Assembly (NCBI RefSeq): GCF_018977255.1
Contig: NW_024704743.1
Span: forward strand, 43,216,001-43,280,000
Direction of reading: 5' to 3'
DNA length: 64,000 bases
From: Callorhinchus milii
Taxonomy: Eukaryota
Of the stretch, positions 1-11,748 are shown in pieces. The translations under genes and the position numbers were made by a program. A model generated the notes under the pieces. That model saw nothing but the letters and a program-made list of their open reading frames with translations. It was not told the origin of the DNA and did no database searches. The stretch's first letter is position 1, and each line of letters opens with the position of its first letter.

Positions 1-201
1 AAAGGACTATATAGTAAAGATAGTGAAGTACAATGAATCTGCTGAACCAATACGTACATCCTAATGACAATAAGAATGTTAACCACACTTGCGCATTTTT
101 TTTGTTTCCTTTGCTGGAAGGTACAAGATGCCCCAAAACAGCCACTGCAGTTTGCAGTCTGCAGTATTCATCCAATGTGGAAGGCTCTATGTCAAATGTA
201 C

Positions 202-318
202 TAATGATAATAATCCTTGCATTTGTTATTGTGCCTTATCACATCATTGAGACGTCTCAAAGAGCTTCACAGAATATACTGTAAAATGCATTGACATTAT
301 ATATTTTGTGGGTGAACG
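202..318 (-). mobile_element. SINE 3' fragment (L2-type tail)
   Basis: Reverse complement of the tail GTGAAGC..TTTGAGACGTC..GTGATAAGG..CAAATGCAAGGATTATT shared with many copies in the window. Confidence 0.8.
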
Positions 319-820
319 TAAAGATTATTATAGACCTCTTTGAAAAAGGTGTATTGGTAATTGGTTTGTGAGTTGCTGGACCTGATATACATCTGCGCTT
401 GCACGCTTCCATAGATTACACTGAGACAGGAATTTCACCCAGCATTGCATGGAGCCCACAAAACAGTTGAAGCACGACCATTACTTTGTTCGCTGAATGC
501 CATTCATAATTTTGTTTCTGATAACTGATACTGTCAGTGAGTGAATGTTGCTTGTGTCATACACCATATGTGATAGTGACACATTGCATTCTCCTTGACC
601 GGTGCAACTCAATACACCACAATTTCAGAAGTGTGATATTTGTGTCTGTCATATGTACAGTTTACAGCATTTGATTAAGCTTGCAGATTTCTAATTTTAA
701 TCGGTAAAATTTGCTGACATTCAGGCTGCTAAATTTTCTGTAAATCAAGGAAAACCAGTTACAATCATTTAACTTTTTAAAAAAAAAAAATCATTTTGAA
801 CTACCAAAGGTTCCTCATTC

Positions 821-1454
821 ACCAAACCTGTGCGCAACCTCAGTGTTCGGTTGTCCTTCCTACCCTGACCCACACTGCTTTCCTCCACCTTCACTGCATT
901 GCATGCCTCAGACCCTATCTCACCCCCAAATGCTGGTGAAACCCATATCCATGCCTGAGTTACTTCCTACCTTGACGTCTCAAATGCACTCACTGAACTC
1001 TATAGTTCCACAAGGTCCAACTCATACAAAACTCTGCCATCCACATCCTCAGTCATACCAAATTCCACAAGCCTGTCATCCCAATCCTTGCTGGGTTCCG
1101 CTGGCTCCTTGTCTCACATGCAAATCCCATTATGTCCTAGCACCTCCATACCTCTCTGACCGACTCGCACCCCTCTCCTCTGACCTGCGTTCATCTGTTA
1201 CTGGTCTACTACGAGTCCCTGAACCTTTCCCGCCACCATTGATGGCTGTGTATTTAGTCCTCTGCCTCAAACCTCTGGATTTCCCTCTCTCAATGTCTCT
1301 GTTTAACCTCTTTTTTAGTGTTTAAATCCCATTTTAAGACCTGAGTCTCTGGTCATCTCCTCCTTTTCTCTTGCTTAGAGTCCAATCACGCCACTGTGTA
1401 GTACACTAAGATGCTATTCTGTGTGAAGGCCACAATATAAAATGCAAGTTGGTG
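821..1454 (+). mobile_element. Old, decayed L2 LINE 3' part (ORF2 C-terminus plus tail)
   Basis: Remnants homologous to the L2 at 41725-43322 (cttgacgtctcaaatgcac, caactcatacaaaactctgc, ctggctcc); ends in a tail ..gtgaaggccacaatataaaatgcaagttggtg. Confidence 0.7.
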
Positions 1455-1541
1455 TAAAAATTTAAAGAAATCAAGACCAATGTTAAAATATAAAACTAGT
1501 CAAATTAAATTTAAAAAACTAGCATATGGTGTGCTATAATA

Positions 1542-1654
1542 TGATAGTAATAATCGTTGCAATTAATATAGCGCTTTTCACGTCTTCTAGACATCTCAAA
1601 GTGCTTCACAGAATATACTGTGAAGTGAATTGACTGTATATTTGTGGGCGAAAC
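1542..1654 (-). mobile_element. SINE 3' fragment
   Basis: Matches the 3' ~110 nt of the full SINE copies (TAGAA loop variant). Confidence 0.85.
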
Positions 1655-3063
1655 TTGCAATCATAGCTTCTGAGTTGCACAGGTTATTATTAAGAATGAT
1701 AAATTGTGTAATTATTGAATACAAGTAAATAAATGCTTATCATTTACAATTTCTGCCATGTTAGTTTGGATTCATTTTGATGATGGAATTGAAGTGTAAA
1801 ATAAAGAAACCAATTTTGCCGACTGGTCTTTCCAGCTAAATTGTGAAACAAAAACACATGTTGTTTTTTCTTTCCCTCTAGATTTCTGCTTGTTTCTAAC
1901 TACCTCTGATCCATTTTCTTACTCCTAGCACTTCTGTTGAACATTGCAGCTATTTTGTTTTGACTCCAAGTGGTCACCAGTGGTGCAAATTTGAATTATT
2001 TTCTTCTGAATTATTGATGCCCTGGAACAACTTTAACACCAAGCTGCTGAATCGAGAGATCATTAGAGGCAGTGTATAAAATGCAGTTAGCTACTAATAT
2101 AAACAACAAAGCTGAAAACCATCATGGCATCATTTTAATGGTCGTATTGGTATCGCACTTGTTCGGTACTCCGTTATCAGTACTTCTGTTCTTAAAAAAA
2201 NGTGTTCTCAGTGCAGTCCTTGGGAACCATGTACTTTTAGATATTATACTTGGTATATCTTGAAATGCAGAGTAGCAGGTATTAACTGAACACTTTGTAG
2301 TGGGGGCAGGCTGTATTATATAATTTCTTGACTGTGAAGAAATTTTTCCTCACTGACTGCTCTTCCCCTCCAAGTCCTCCTGATGAGCCAGGGCAGCGAG
2401 TCTGTCATCAGCAATGCCCCTAGAGACAGCTCAGCCCCAAGGAGACCCCACTTACCTCCTCCTTTTAACTGTTTCACCCCCCCCCCCCCCACCCCACACG
2501 CACACACACACACGAGACGTAGGCTATACACTCAGCTGAGTATACTAATATAAATTCAACAATAATAGGCACAATGTTCAACAACATTTTCCATCTTAAA
2601 GCTTTGTAGTGTTTTAGCACTGCCCTACAGATTCACATTAGCAATGTTATGATTCTTCCTTATATGATGTCTGACCCACTGTTAAGCCTTCTGAGATCTT
2701 ATCCCACAGTAAAGCTGCCATACAAATGAAGTTGCTGTGCACAAAATTAACTTCTGTACTGCAACAAAATGAATTGTGTGAATATTTCTGGCTTTTTGCA
2801 CATGATGGTTTCAGAAATCGTGTGTGTGTGTGTGTGAATATACTGATATATTTTAATAACAAGTGCTACTAGTTTGACTAAGTCTTTTGGGTTTGAACTG
2901 TGCATTAAAAAATGGTTTGAATAAGGTAAAGTTAACGATTGATATTTTTATGTAATCTTGCCATTTGGCCACCAGGAGCAATGATTCTAACAACTTGAAG
3001 GAACTTTTTTAAAAAAAAATACATGTTTGGAAGTGTAGCAACACGTCCTACGGTCTGTCCATG

Positions 3064-3077
3064 GTTCCTATGACAAC
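3064..3077. promoter_or_regulatory. RFX X-box motif
   Basis: GTTCCTATGACAAC fits GTHNYYATRRNAAC exactly; lies in repeat-free sequence. Confidence 0.35.
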
Positions 3078-3899
3078 GATTAAGGCCTGTGATTCACCGC
3101 GCATACCCTTTTCAGGCAGAGAAATCTTGTAGAAACCAGAGCTGAAGAAGCTTCTCAGAATGGCTGCATGTTTTGTTTGAATGGCTCCTGGTGCAGCCTA
3201 ACATTGCCCTGCATTAAAATCCGGTCTTGAATATGGCCAGAGATGTTCTGCATTAAAAGCCTATTCTAAATGGATGGAATGAGATCAAGTGTCCTTACCT
3301 CTGAACGATTTCTGACATTCTCAAACAGTAACTATTGAACGTATTAAACTAAAAAATCCCCACATGTCGTCCATTTGACAAAGTAAATGAAGAGATCAGT
3401 TTTTAATTTGCAAGGATCACATTTTTAAATAGGATTGTTATTAAAATCGCAGGAACGTTCTGGGAACCCGGTGTTTGTTCTTCCATTAGTACGGCGACTG
3501 TAGTTAACACCACTGAAAACACAAATTAATTAATGATCGGTGAGTAATCCTAGCTTATTTTCTTCAGGTGATGTAATACATATGGGACATACATTACAGT
3601 AATTTCCAATTCGTTAGAAGTTTGTAGACTACTATTAAACTGAGGGCTATAAAAATAATTTGTAAAATGAGTGAATGAGAAAATCCATTGGACTTGTGAC
3701 ACATCGAGGATTTTAGTTCCTGATATAGTCTGAAATGTAAGCCAACTGAGATCTTGATGATTGCTTCAAAAATCTTAAATTATAACAAAAATCAATCACT
3801 CATTCACTGAATTTTTAATGTCCACTTGAACGGACAGACAGGAACTCTGCTTTGATGCCTTCTTCAAACGATGGTGCCTCATAGTGAGCTCACGGTTTG

Positions 3900-4194
3900 G
3901 GCTGATAGTCCAGTGCAGTACTGGGGGGTAGGGGGGGAGCATTGCATCGTTAGAGGTGCAGTCCTTCAGATGACATGTTAAATTCAGGCAATTGAGGTTC
4001 AGTCTGCCTGTTAATGTGAATTGTGAAGATCCCATGATACTGTTTGAGTTTCTCACTCTGGTTAAATGTGGACGAGATAAACACTTGTGCGCAAAATGGC
4101 TGCCACTTGTCTTACAAATACTGTCACTACAACTCTTTGTGAAGTACTTGGAGACGCTTTGATGCTTGTTAACACTATAATCAAGTGCTAGGAA
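3900..4194 (+). mobile_element. Decayed DeuSINE-like element
   Basis: cagtgcagtactg..gaggtgcagtccttcagatgacatgttaaa..aagatcccatg..tgtgcgcaaaatggctgcc; same layout as 10466-11186 and 60715-61660. Confidence 0.7.
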
Positions 4195-5397
4195 TATTTA
4201 TTGATGCATTGTTGTCTAAGGAGATTTTTTTAAAAATAAAGTCTATAACCAACACATTTTTGGTGTTTTTTTGCAGTATTTGAATAAGGATGGTATTCTC
4301 TATGCGCATTATCCCTGCGATAACCAAAGATGAGTGTATTTGTCCTTGTTGAATCCTTTCCTGGACGCATATGTACAATTTAAAATACAAATCCTTACAA
4401 AGTACTGCCCTAAAACAGGAAATGATGCTACTAGCTTTTAAATGTATTAAATGCAACCCTCTTCTGACTGTGAGATTACCTACATAATTTGCTTTACTGT
4501 ACCAAATATTATGATAGTGTAAGTAGAGAAAAGAACTTCTTCGCTGAAGTTAATTGTACCCCAACCTTATAAAATGTAATTCACAATACCTGTACTGTAT
4601 TAACTACACTAGTTCCTCTTTGTTGACTAAGGTGTTAGTTAAAATGCTTTCTGTCGTCAACACTGTAATTCACAGAGCACAACATCTTGGTTCTCCTTTG
4701 GATAACTTTAGTCAATACCAGTTTGACCCCCACTACCCCTGGCTAATTAAGTCTGCGAGAAGCTTGCCATTTTTCAAACTAATTGGCCAGAGTCACTCAT
4801 TCATCTTGAGAGCTCAATCCTTCTTGATTTTAAATGTCGCCAAAGCAGCCTGTGGCCAGAGTGGCTTTGCCCCTTGTGAAATCTGTAATGATCTTGGGGA
4901 CAGAAATGTTCTTTGGCCACTTCCTTTAATCCAGTTACATATTCCACTGTGTGGCTTTCTTTCACTTTTCCCCCACGCCCCGATTGTAAGAGTCCATGAC
5001 AATTGGTCATGCGGTTCCCTGTCTTTTCTCACTTCCTCTCCGTGATAATCTCGCAACAATCCTGATTTTCTGAATTAAAGTGCAACCTTCATTTGAACGG
5101 ATTACAAGTCTTCTGTCTTTTTGGCCATCAGTGGTCGCACGTTTATTGTGTTCATTCACACAGTAGAAGTGAAATAAAGGCAGGTGAAGCCTTGTGTTGC
5201 AGTTCATAAAGTAAATCATCTCAAATCACATTAAGGACTGTAGCAATAAAAAGTTGCAACAAGATCTTGGGTAGCAGGTTCTATATATCAGTCTGACTGT
5301 TGGTGGGTGAAGGGAGACAAATGCTGTACTCCGTTCTCGCATGTAGAGCAGGAAAAATAGTGAGTTAAATTGCTGTGGTTACTGTTTATTAGGGAAG

Positions 5398-5750
5398 GTG
5401 GAGTCCTGTAGCTCAGTGGCTAGAGCACTCGCTTTGCAAGTGAGAGATCCGGGTTCGATTCCCGTAAGGGCGAAACAAAAATTTAGATAGGTTACCTTAC
5501 TCCACACACCTCTGTTTACTGGGTCGTTAGTTGATTGGCAGATCGCCTTTCCGGGGGTAATAATTCCTTCAAATTTTTTTTTAAAAATGATCACTCAATC
5601 CATGACTGGTTGTGGGACACTGCTGTGTGCAATTGGTTGCTGTGTTTCACCCACAAAATATACAATCGATTCACTTTATAGTATATTCTGTGAAGCGCTT
5701 TGAGATGGCTCGAAGACGTGATAAGGCGCTTTCAAATGCAAGTATTATTA
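5398..5750 (+). mobile_element. tRNA-Ala-derived SINE, long subfamily
   Basis: A box TAGCTCAGTGG, B box GGTTCGATTCC, anticodon loop TTTGCAA, CORE-like segment, body and L2-type tail ending in (TAT)n. Confidence 0.92.
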
Positions 5751-6268
5751 AAGTGCATACTGCAGTCCAACCTGTAAAGTGGGGGAAGATGTTAATGGTT
5801 GAACACATATGAGGATAATTTTAGCAATCTTGGAAAACAAGAAATAGTCTGTATTTTATAAAATGCTCTACATAATTCTACGCTATTATATTCAGCATGA
5901 CAACCTGTCAGATTTTTTTTCATTGAAACCAATTGTTTGAAATCTGAAAAGACATTTCAGTAGCAGAAACACTAGGAGATGCACAAAGAAAGTGGAATGT
6001 GGATGATTTTCATGCACCTCCTGTTGTGAAGTGGAACTGATTAGATTTGAAGTGAAATGCAGATTCTGGTGCTTGCTTCCCTGCAATGCACGTGCTGTCT
6101 TGCAGTTCCTTTCTCTGTTTGCTTGTTTTTGAATAAACAATGGCAGTACTGTACTGTTTTTCTGACTAAAATGTAACAGAGAAATCCTATGTACTATAGT
6201 TTTGCAACAGAATTTAAACTATCCCCAAGCCAACGTGAGTTTATTCCCAGGATGGGAAATGACACTAC

Positions 6269-6321
6269 TGTTGTGTTTTAATGCTGTACCTCATTCATGG
6301 GTACAGCATTAAAACACAACA
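6269..6321. repeat. Perfect 22-bp inverted repeat with 9-nt loop
   Basis: TGTTGTGTTTTAATGCTGTACC (6269-6290) is the exact reverse complement of GGTACAGCATTAAAACACAACA (6300-6321). Confidence 0.97.
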
Positions 6322-6508
6322 CAAATTAAACATGTTAATTGCAACAGCCTTACTCTGATTATTTTAGTATCCTTCCATTGATGGGAACAGTAGAGCTCTT
6401 GCAGATAGTGTCATTCCTTGCCTTCTTGCAATAGTTGTACTGTTAGTAGAAGAATACCAAAATAATCTCATTAAGGTGCGCGCTCTTGCATTTAAAATGT
6501 TTAATTTG

Positions 6509-6590
6509 TGATCTCAGCTGAGAGGTATCAGCACAATTGGCCAGGGAGCGGTAAAACCAGTCATGGTTCCCATTCCTGATTGCTATCCAA
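6509..6590 (+). repeat. Fragment of an ancient dispersed SINE-like family
   Basis: ggttcccattcctgattgctatcca resembles the reverse complement of 37015-37085; further pieces at 14040-14110 and 40245-40405. Confidence 0.5.
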
Positions 6591-6827
6591 TCCACAATCC
6601 ACAACATGGAATTACAGAATGCACAGCAGGGAGGTCATTTGGCCCTAGTGGTTTGGTGCTGGCTCCTTTACTGAAGCCATTCAATTCCATTTGCCCTACT
6701 CCCTCATCCCACACCCATTAATATTGAGGAAGTCCACCTAGACAATGTATAGACAATGTAACTTCCTGCTCTGTGTGGCTCACTGAATAACCTTGCTGAG
6801 CTTTTGGGAGCCAGAAATTTGCTCTTT

Positions 6828-7633
6828 AGAATACATTAAAGTACTTTAGAATATGCAGCACAGAAAAAGGCCATTTGGCCCAACTGGTCTATGCCGGTGT
6901 TTATGCTCCGCACAAGCCTTCTCCTTCCCTTCCTTAACTAAGCCTTCAAGCATAACCTCCCATTCTTTTCTCCCACATGTTCCTATCTTGCTTTCCCTTA
7001 AATACATCTATGCTATTTGCCTCAATAACTCCTTGTGGTAGCATGTTCCACATTCCCAGTACTCTTTGTGTGAAGAAATTTCTTCTAACTTCCCAATTTG
7101 ATCTATTTGTGACTGTTTTGTATTGATGGTCCCTGGTTTTGGTCTCCCCCACAAGTAGAAACATCTTCCCTATGTCTATCTTCCCTATCCTTCAAAAATT
7201 TAATCAGGTCACCCCTTACCCTCCTCTTTTCAAGAGAAAAGAGTCCAAGCATGTTCAGCCTTTCCCAATAGGTATAACCTCTCAGTTCTGGGATCATCCT
7301 CGTCAATCTCCTTTGCGCCCTCTCCATAATGTGGGGACCAGAACTGCACACAGTATTTTAAGTGTGGTCTTACCACGGTTTTATAGAGGTTTATCATAAC
7401 TTCCCTGCTTTTCATTTCTATCCCTGTAGAAATGAACTCCAATGTCTGTTTTTTTTTATGGCCTTATTAACCTGTGTTGCTACTTTTAGTGAATTGTGTA
7501 AGTGTACCCCAAGATCCCTTTGCTCCTCTACCCCATTTAGGTTTTTATTTTCCAAGATGTATGTGACTTCCTTATTCCTTCTACTAAAATGTACCACCTC
7601 ACACTTTTTTCTACATTGAAATGCATTTGCCAT
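6828..7633 (-). mobile_element. CR1 LINE, 5'-truncated, frameshifted ORF2 C-terminus plus 3' UTR
   Basis: Minus-strand peptides CEVVHFSR..QRDLGV, LYKTVVRPHLKYCVQFWSPHY, ERAQRRLTRMIP..LGLFSLEKRRVRGDL, FFTQRVLGMWNMLP are typical of CR1 ORF2. Confidence 0.95.
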
Positions 7634-8037
7634 TTAAATGCTGAGACAGAACAGTAATTTGTTTTGGCTTTCCTTTTACTTGTAAGGGATTCTTAGGGAC
7701 AGTACTTGGAGCAGATTAAGAAGCTATGTTGTTGCATAATCTCTGCAGTCTGCCCTACAACACCAAATGTGTTACACAGTGCGATAATCTATTAGTGTTC
7801 AGGGTAGACGCTATTATTTCAGGTACTGCAATTTAGAATATTTCTCGGGTTTGAGTGCAGTCATTCTTATATTACCACATCTCTGATGTACTAAAGTTAA
7901 CCATACAGCCTCTGTAGCTAATCGTGCTATTGGTTGATGTTAAAGAGGCATGAACAACTTGAACCACAAGCCACTATGTCAATATAGACCGAGTCTTTAC
8001 TTTGAAAATCCTCCACAAATATTAAAGCTCCCGTTGC

Positions 8038-8562
8038 ACCGGTGTCCAGGCCAACACTCCCCCAAATAAAATTGGTCACTCACTTCATGTCTGTTTGTGG
8101 GACACTGCTGTGACCAACTGGCTGTCCCGTTTCACTCAAAAAAAAGTTAGTCCACTTTGCAATGTATCCTGTGAAGTGCTTTGCAACATCTCAACGACGT
8201 GATAAGGTACTATATTCAAATAATAATAATAATAATAATCCTTGCATTTGATATAGCGCTTTTCACGTCGGGAGGACGTCCCAAAGCGCTTCACAGAACA
8301 CACTGTAAAGTGAATTGACTGTGTATTTGTGGGCGAACGCGGCAGCCAATTGCGCACAGCAATGTCCCACAAACAGTCGTAGATTGAAAATGACCAATTT
8401 ATTATTGTTTTTGGTTTTGGAGGGATTATTATTAGGCTCTGTGTGGAGTAAGGAAACTTGCCCAAGGTTTCGCCCTGTGCCTGGAATTGAACTCAGGTCT
8501 CTCGCTTGCAAAGCGAGTGCTCTAACCACTGAGCTGCAGGACTCCACAAATGCAAGTATTAC
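8038..8562 (+). mobile_element. DeuSINE-like 3' half, interrupted in its tail by a young SINE
   Basis: ggtgtccaggccaacac..aaattggtcac..tgtttgtgggac..gataaggtactatattcaaa, resuming as caaatgcaagtatt after 8546. Confidence 0.75.
8221..8546 (-). mobile_element. tRNA-Ala-derived SINE, youngest short subfamily, full length
   Basis: Near-identical to 10645-10962, 18891-19226 and 22933-23250; (TAT)n tail; short target duplication CAAAT. Confidence 0.95.
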
Positions 8563-8917
8563 TATTCTATTGAAATGGTCAAAGACAATTCTACTTCCTG
8601 CATCATTGCTGGGGATGGAGCATAAGCGTAGGTTAACACCAAACACACAGCTATACATCTAGAGCAGCTTGTCATAGCTTTTGGATTCATATAAAAGTTA
8701 ACTAGGGAAAGAGAAAGCAGCTTCTGTTCAAACTGCAAATTCAATTACTGTAATGAACTGAAAATCCTTAATGCGTCAAATGCAGAACAAAAAAAGGTCT
8801 TAGATCTTTACTCCACCTTGGTCCTGAAAGCCCACGCAAAACATATTGCTTAATAAGAGAATGGAAGGCCCCTGAAAAACATTGATGCCAAAGTAACATA
8901 GCGGAGCGGTGTAAAGT

Positions 8918-8931
8918 GTTCCCATAGTAAC
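8918..8931. promoter_or_regulatory. RFX X-box motif
   Basis: GTTCCCATAGTAAC fits GTHNYYATRRNAAC on both strands; lies in a ~1.7-kb block with no recognisable repeat. Confidence 0.35.
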
Positions 8932-10325
8932 CACCGTAAAGACTGAGGTGAAAACAAATGAGATGGGGGGAGGGGGACAGCGAAGGAGTGGAGTGAGGAT
9001 TGGAAGACGTTTTCACCGCCAGTGGGATTGAGCTGTTGGTCTCTGTGTAAGAGGGAAAACAAACAGAACTGTGTGAAATGCAGCCAGTAAGACCAAGTTA
9101 GGATCCTAACTGTATGACCCAGCCACTGTTACTTGGAACGAGTTTCTTCCGGATGTTGTTTGTTGTAACATGATAAAAAGCAGAATCCATTCAGTAACTT
9201 GGACACTGTTGAATATGTGATTTCCCGTAATTTAGTGCAAGCACAGGGCTTGAATTTAAAGCATTCAGAGCTCAACACTGGCTTCCTGACTTATTGCCAA
9301 AGTCTATTCACAAGGCAGTGAATGCAGGAAGTTCTCACATTCATTGAGAAAAATAAAGAGCCGCAGAGCTGAGGGAAAAGCATGCTGGTGCCTCCAAGAG
9401 CATCCGGCTTATTTCTGAAAAAGATCCTAGTTGAGAGTTTGCTGCACTTATTGACCTCCGATCTGTTCACGTAACATGACAACTGTGTTATGAATATAGT
9501 TGCTAAGGTGGCCTGACTCTGCTTTGAGTCCTATGTTGATGTGAGTGAAAGGTTTCGCATGAAAATTGGGCTGGGTAGTGTTGCAAGCCAATGAGTATGG
9601 GTCGCAGTATTCAGTCGTCATGGTTATCCGAGCTGAAATATTTTTGTAATGAATTGGATATCTTTAAAACAAGGGGCAGCTACTGATAAACGTCTTAATA
9701 AACAGCTTGAACGAAGTTGACCTGAGTAAAAATACGACATCGATAGGATGAAATGTGAACTTGACAGAATCACTCTTCATTTTCCCTCCACCTGACATCC
9801 CCCACCCAATTTCAGCCATTGCACGGGCGTAAAATGGGCATTTTTTTGAGCTTTGAATGTATCTTCTCTCACAGATGAAATTGTCAGTTGCTCTGGAAAT
9901 CTGTTTAAGCAGACACTGAGCAGCTGCCAGTGGTGCTGCACTTGATCTTCATGTGAAGGTGTCCTAATTGGGCCCAGAGAAGTCTGTTTGAAATAACATT
10001 GGCAAATTGTGGTTTAAAAAGGGTTGTGAGGCAAAGCAGATCAAATGGTCAAATCCCCGAAGGCTTAAAGTTTTGATTTACCTGCTGTCATATCATCTTT
10101 ATGAGAGTTCTGGTCAAGTGCACGATGGAAACTGTGTTGTAGCATTTAAAACTACATCAGGCAAACTAGCCTGGCCAGGCTGTGTCATTTTCTTTGATCT
10201 TTATTATGATCACAAAGATTACAAAAAAACTTTCTTAAAGGAAGCACAAAATCTTTCAAAGGTGCATGTTATTTTCCTCAACCCTCCTAACTCTTAATTG
10301 TTGTGACAAACTGTGTAGACGACGC

Positions 10326-10446
10326 CTGAACTCTTTTCATCTTAAGTCCTCTACAGGCAGTAGACCGACTATTATGCTTCCAGTATGGCTGGACTGGAAC
10401 CCAGTACACAGAAACAAGTGCTATTGTGTGATCCACTGTGCCATCC
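10326..10446 (-). mobile_element. Ancient tRNA-headed SINE relic, LF-SINE-like
   Basis: Minus strand reads GGATGGCACAGTGG..ACTGGGTTCCAGTCCAGCC..GATGAAAAGAGTT, resembling the recalled LF-SINE 5' region. Confidence 0.4.
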
Positions 10447-10465
10447 CTGTTTCTGAGAGTTAAAA

Positions 10466-11186
10466 GTGCCAGTCTAGTTCAGTTGCTGGGATTCTGGCCT
10501 ATGAGTCAGAAGGTTGTGGATTCAAGCCCCGTCAGGACCTTGAAGCGTAAGCTGACACTTCAGTGTAGTGCTGGGAGCACTGTGTTGTCGGAGGTGCCAT
10601 CCTTCAGATGAGACATTAACCAATATCTCATCTGCTTGTTCATATAATAATAATAATAATCCTTGCATTTGACATAGCGCTTTTCACGTCGGGAGGACGT
10701 CCCAAAGCGCTTCACAGAACACACTGTAAAGTGAATTGACTATATTTGTGGGCGAACGCGGCAGCCAATTGCGTACAGCAATGTCCCACAAACAGTCGTA
10801 GATTGAAAATGACCAATTTAATTATTGTTTTTTGTTTTTTTGGAGATTATTATTAGGTGTGTGGAGTAAGGAAACTTGCCCAAGGTTTCGCTCTGCCTGG
10901 AATTGAACTCAGGTCTCTCACTTGCAAAGCGAGTGCTCTAACCACTGAGCTACAGGACTCCATATGAAGATACCATGGTGTATTTGGAAAGGGGAATGAG
11001 TTTTACCCAGTGTCCTGGCCAACAGTCCCTTAGATAAAATTGGCCATTCACCACATGGCTGGCTGTCCAACATTGCTGCCTTTGTCTACAAATGTACAGT
11101 CCTTACAATTCACAGAAACCATGTGAGGGACTTTGAGATGTTCTCACATTACAAGCAATATATCAAATGCAAGAATTAATATTATT
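10466..11186 (+). mobile_element. DeuSINE-like element, near full length, interrupted by a young SINE
   Basis: Head tgagtcagaaggttgtggattcaagcc; Deu motifs ggaggtgccatccttcagatgagacattaac and gtgtcctggccaac; tail tatcaaatgcaagaatt. Confidence 0.8.
10645..10962 (-). mobile_element. tRNA-Ala-derived SINE, youngest short subfamily, full length
   Basis: Near-identical to 8221-8546. Confidence 0.95.
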
Positions 11187-11748
11187 AAATTGTCGAGGAA
11201 AAGTAGTTGGATAACAAGAGACCAGACACAAAAAAACTCTTAAAAAGATTTCTGAACACTCGATATTAATTTTTTTAAAAAAAGCTTTCCCCCAGTTCCT
11301 ACAATAGCAAATAATTTTTTAAAATTCATCCAAAACCGGGGATTGAACAAAGGCGCCCTTGGGTTCATTTGATCTCAGCTTTCCCAAGATACATTCTGGG
11401 GTCCTCCTGTCCAGCTGCCTTTTAGTTCAGTGCCTCTACCACCCTTTGATCTCTGTCTTGAACTTGACATCCAGTCCACATCCTGTACATAAATGTTGGT
11501 ATAATATAAACAATGCAATGGCTGAATTGGTCATGTCACAGATGGAGGCCTGAAAACTTGTCTAGTCTGTTTATTGTAGATGTGAGCACTTCAGCCTAGG
11601 AGTGGCATTCTGTGCAGAGTGAATGTTTCATACCTGGATAATTTATTAAGTGACATTTAATTTACCCTTTTTGGAAAAAAAATGCATCAGGAACATGCAG
11701 TCAGCTTTAGAAATAAAGGATGAGTGTGTCTGGTTGCATTGTTCTTTG

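Noticed and set aside
2201..2201. Isolated n bases (also 48122, 49075) and long C/G homopolymers
   Set aside because: They lie next to homopolymer runs and are likely consensus ambiguities, not biology
4554..5059. 163-aa plus-strand ORF and overlapping minus-strand ORFs
   Set aside because: Non-ATG start, no recognisable domain, no splice context; a faint CR1-like NWIKG..QR stretch is too weak to call
8136..8465. Recurrent ORFs MGKFPYST..KDYYYY in several places
   Set aside because: Translations of SINE copies; the poly-Tyr is the (TAT)n tail
9096..9111. Perfect 16-bp palindrome AGTTAGGATCCTAACT
   Set aside because: About one such palindrome is expected by chance in 64 kb
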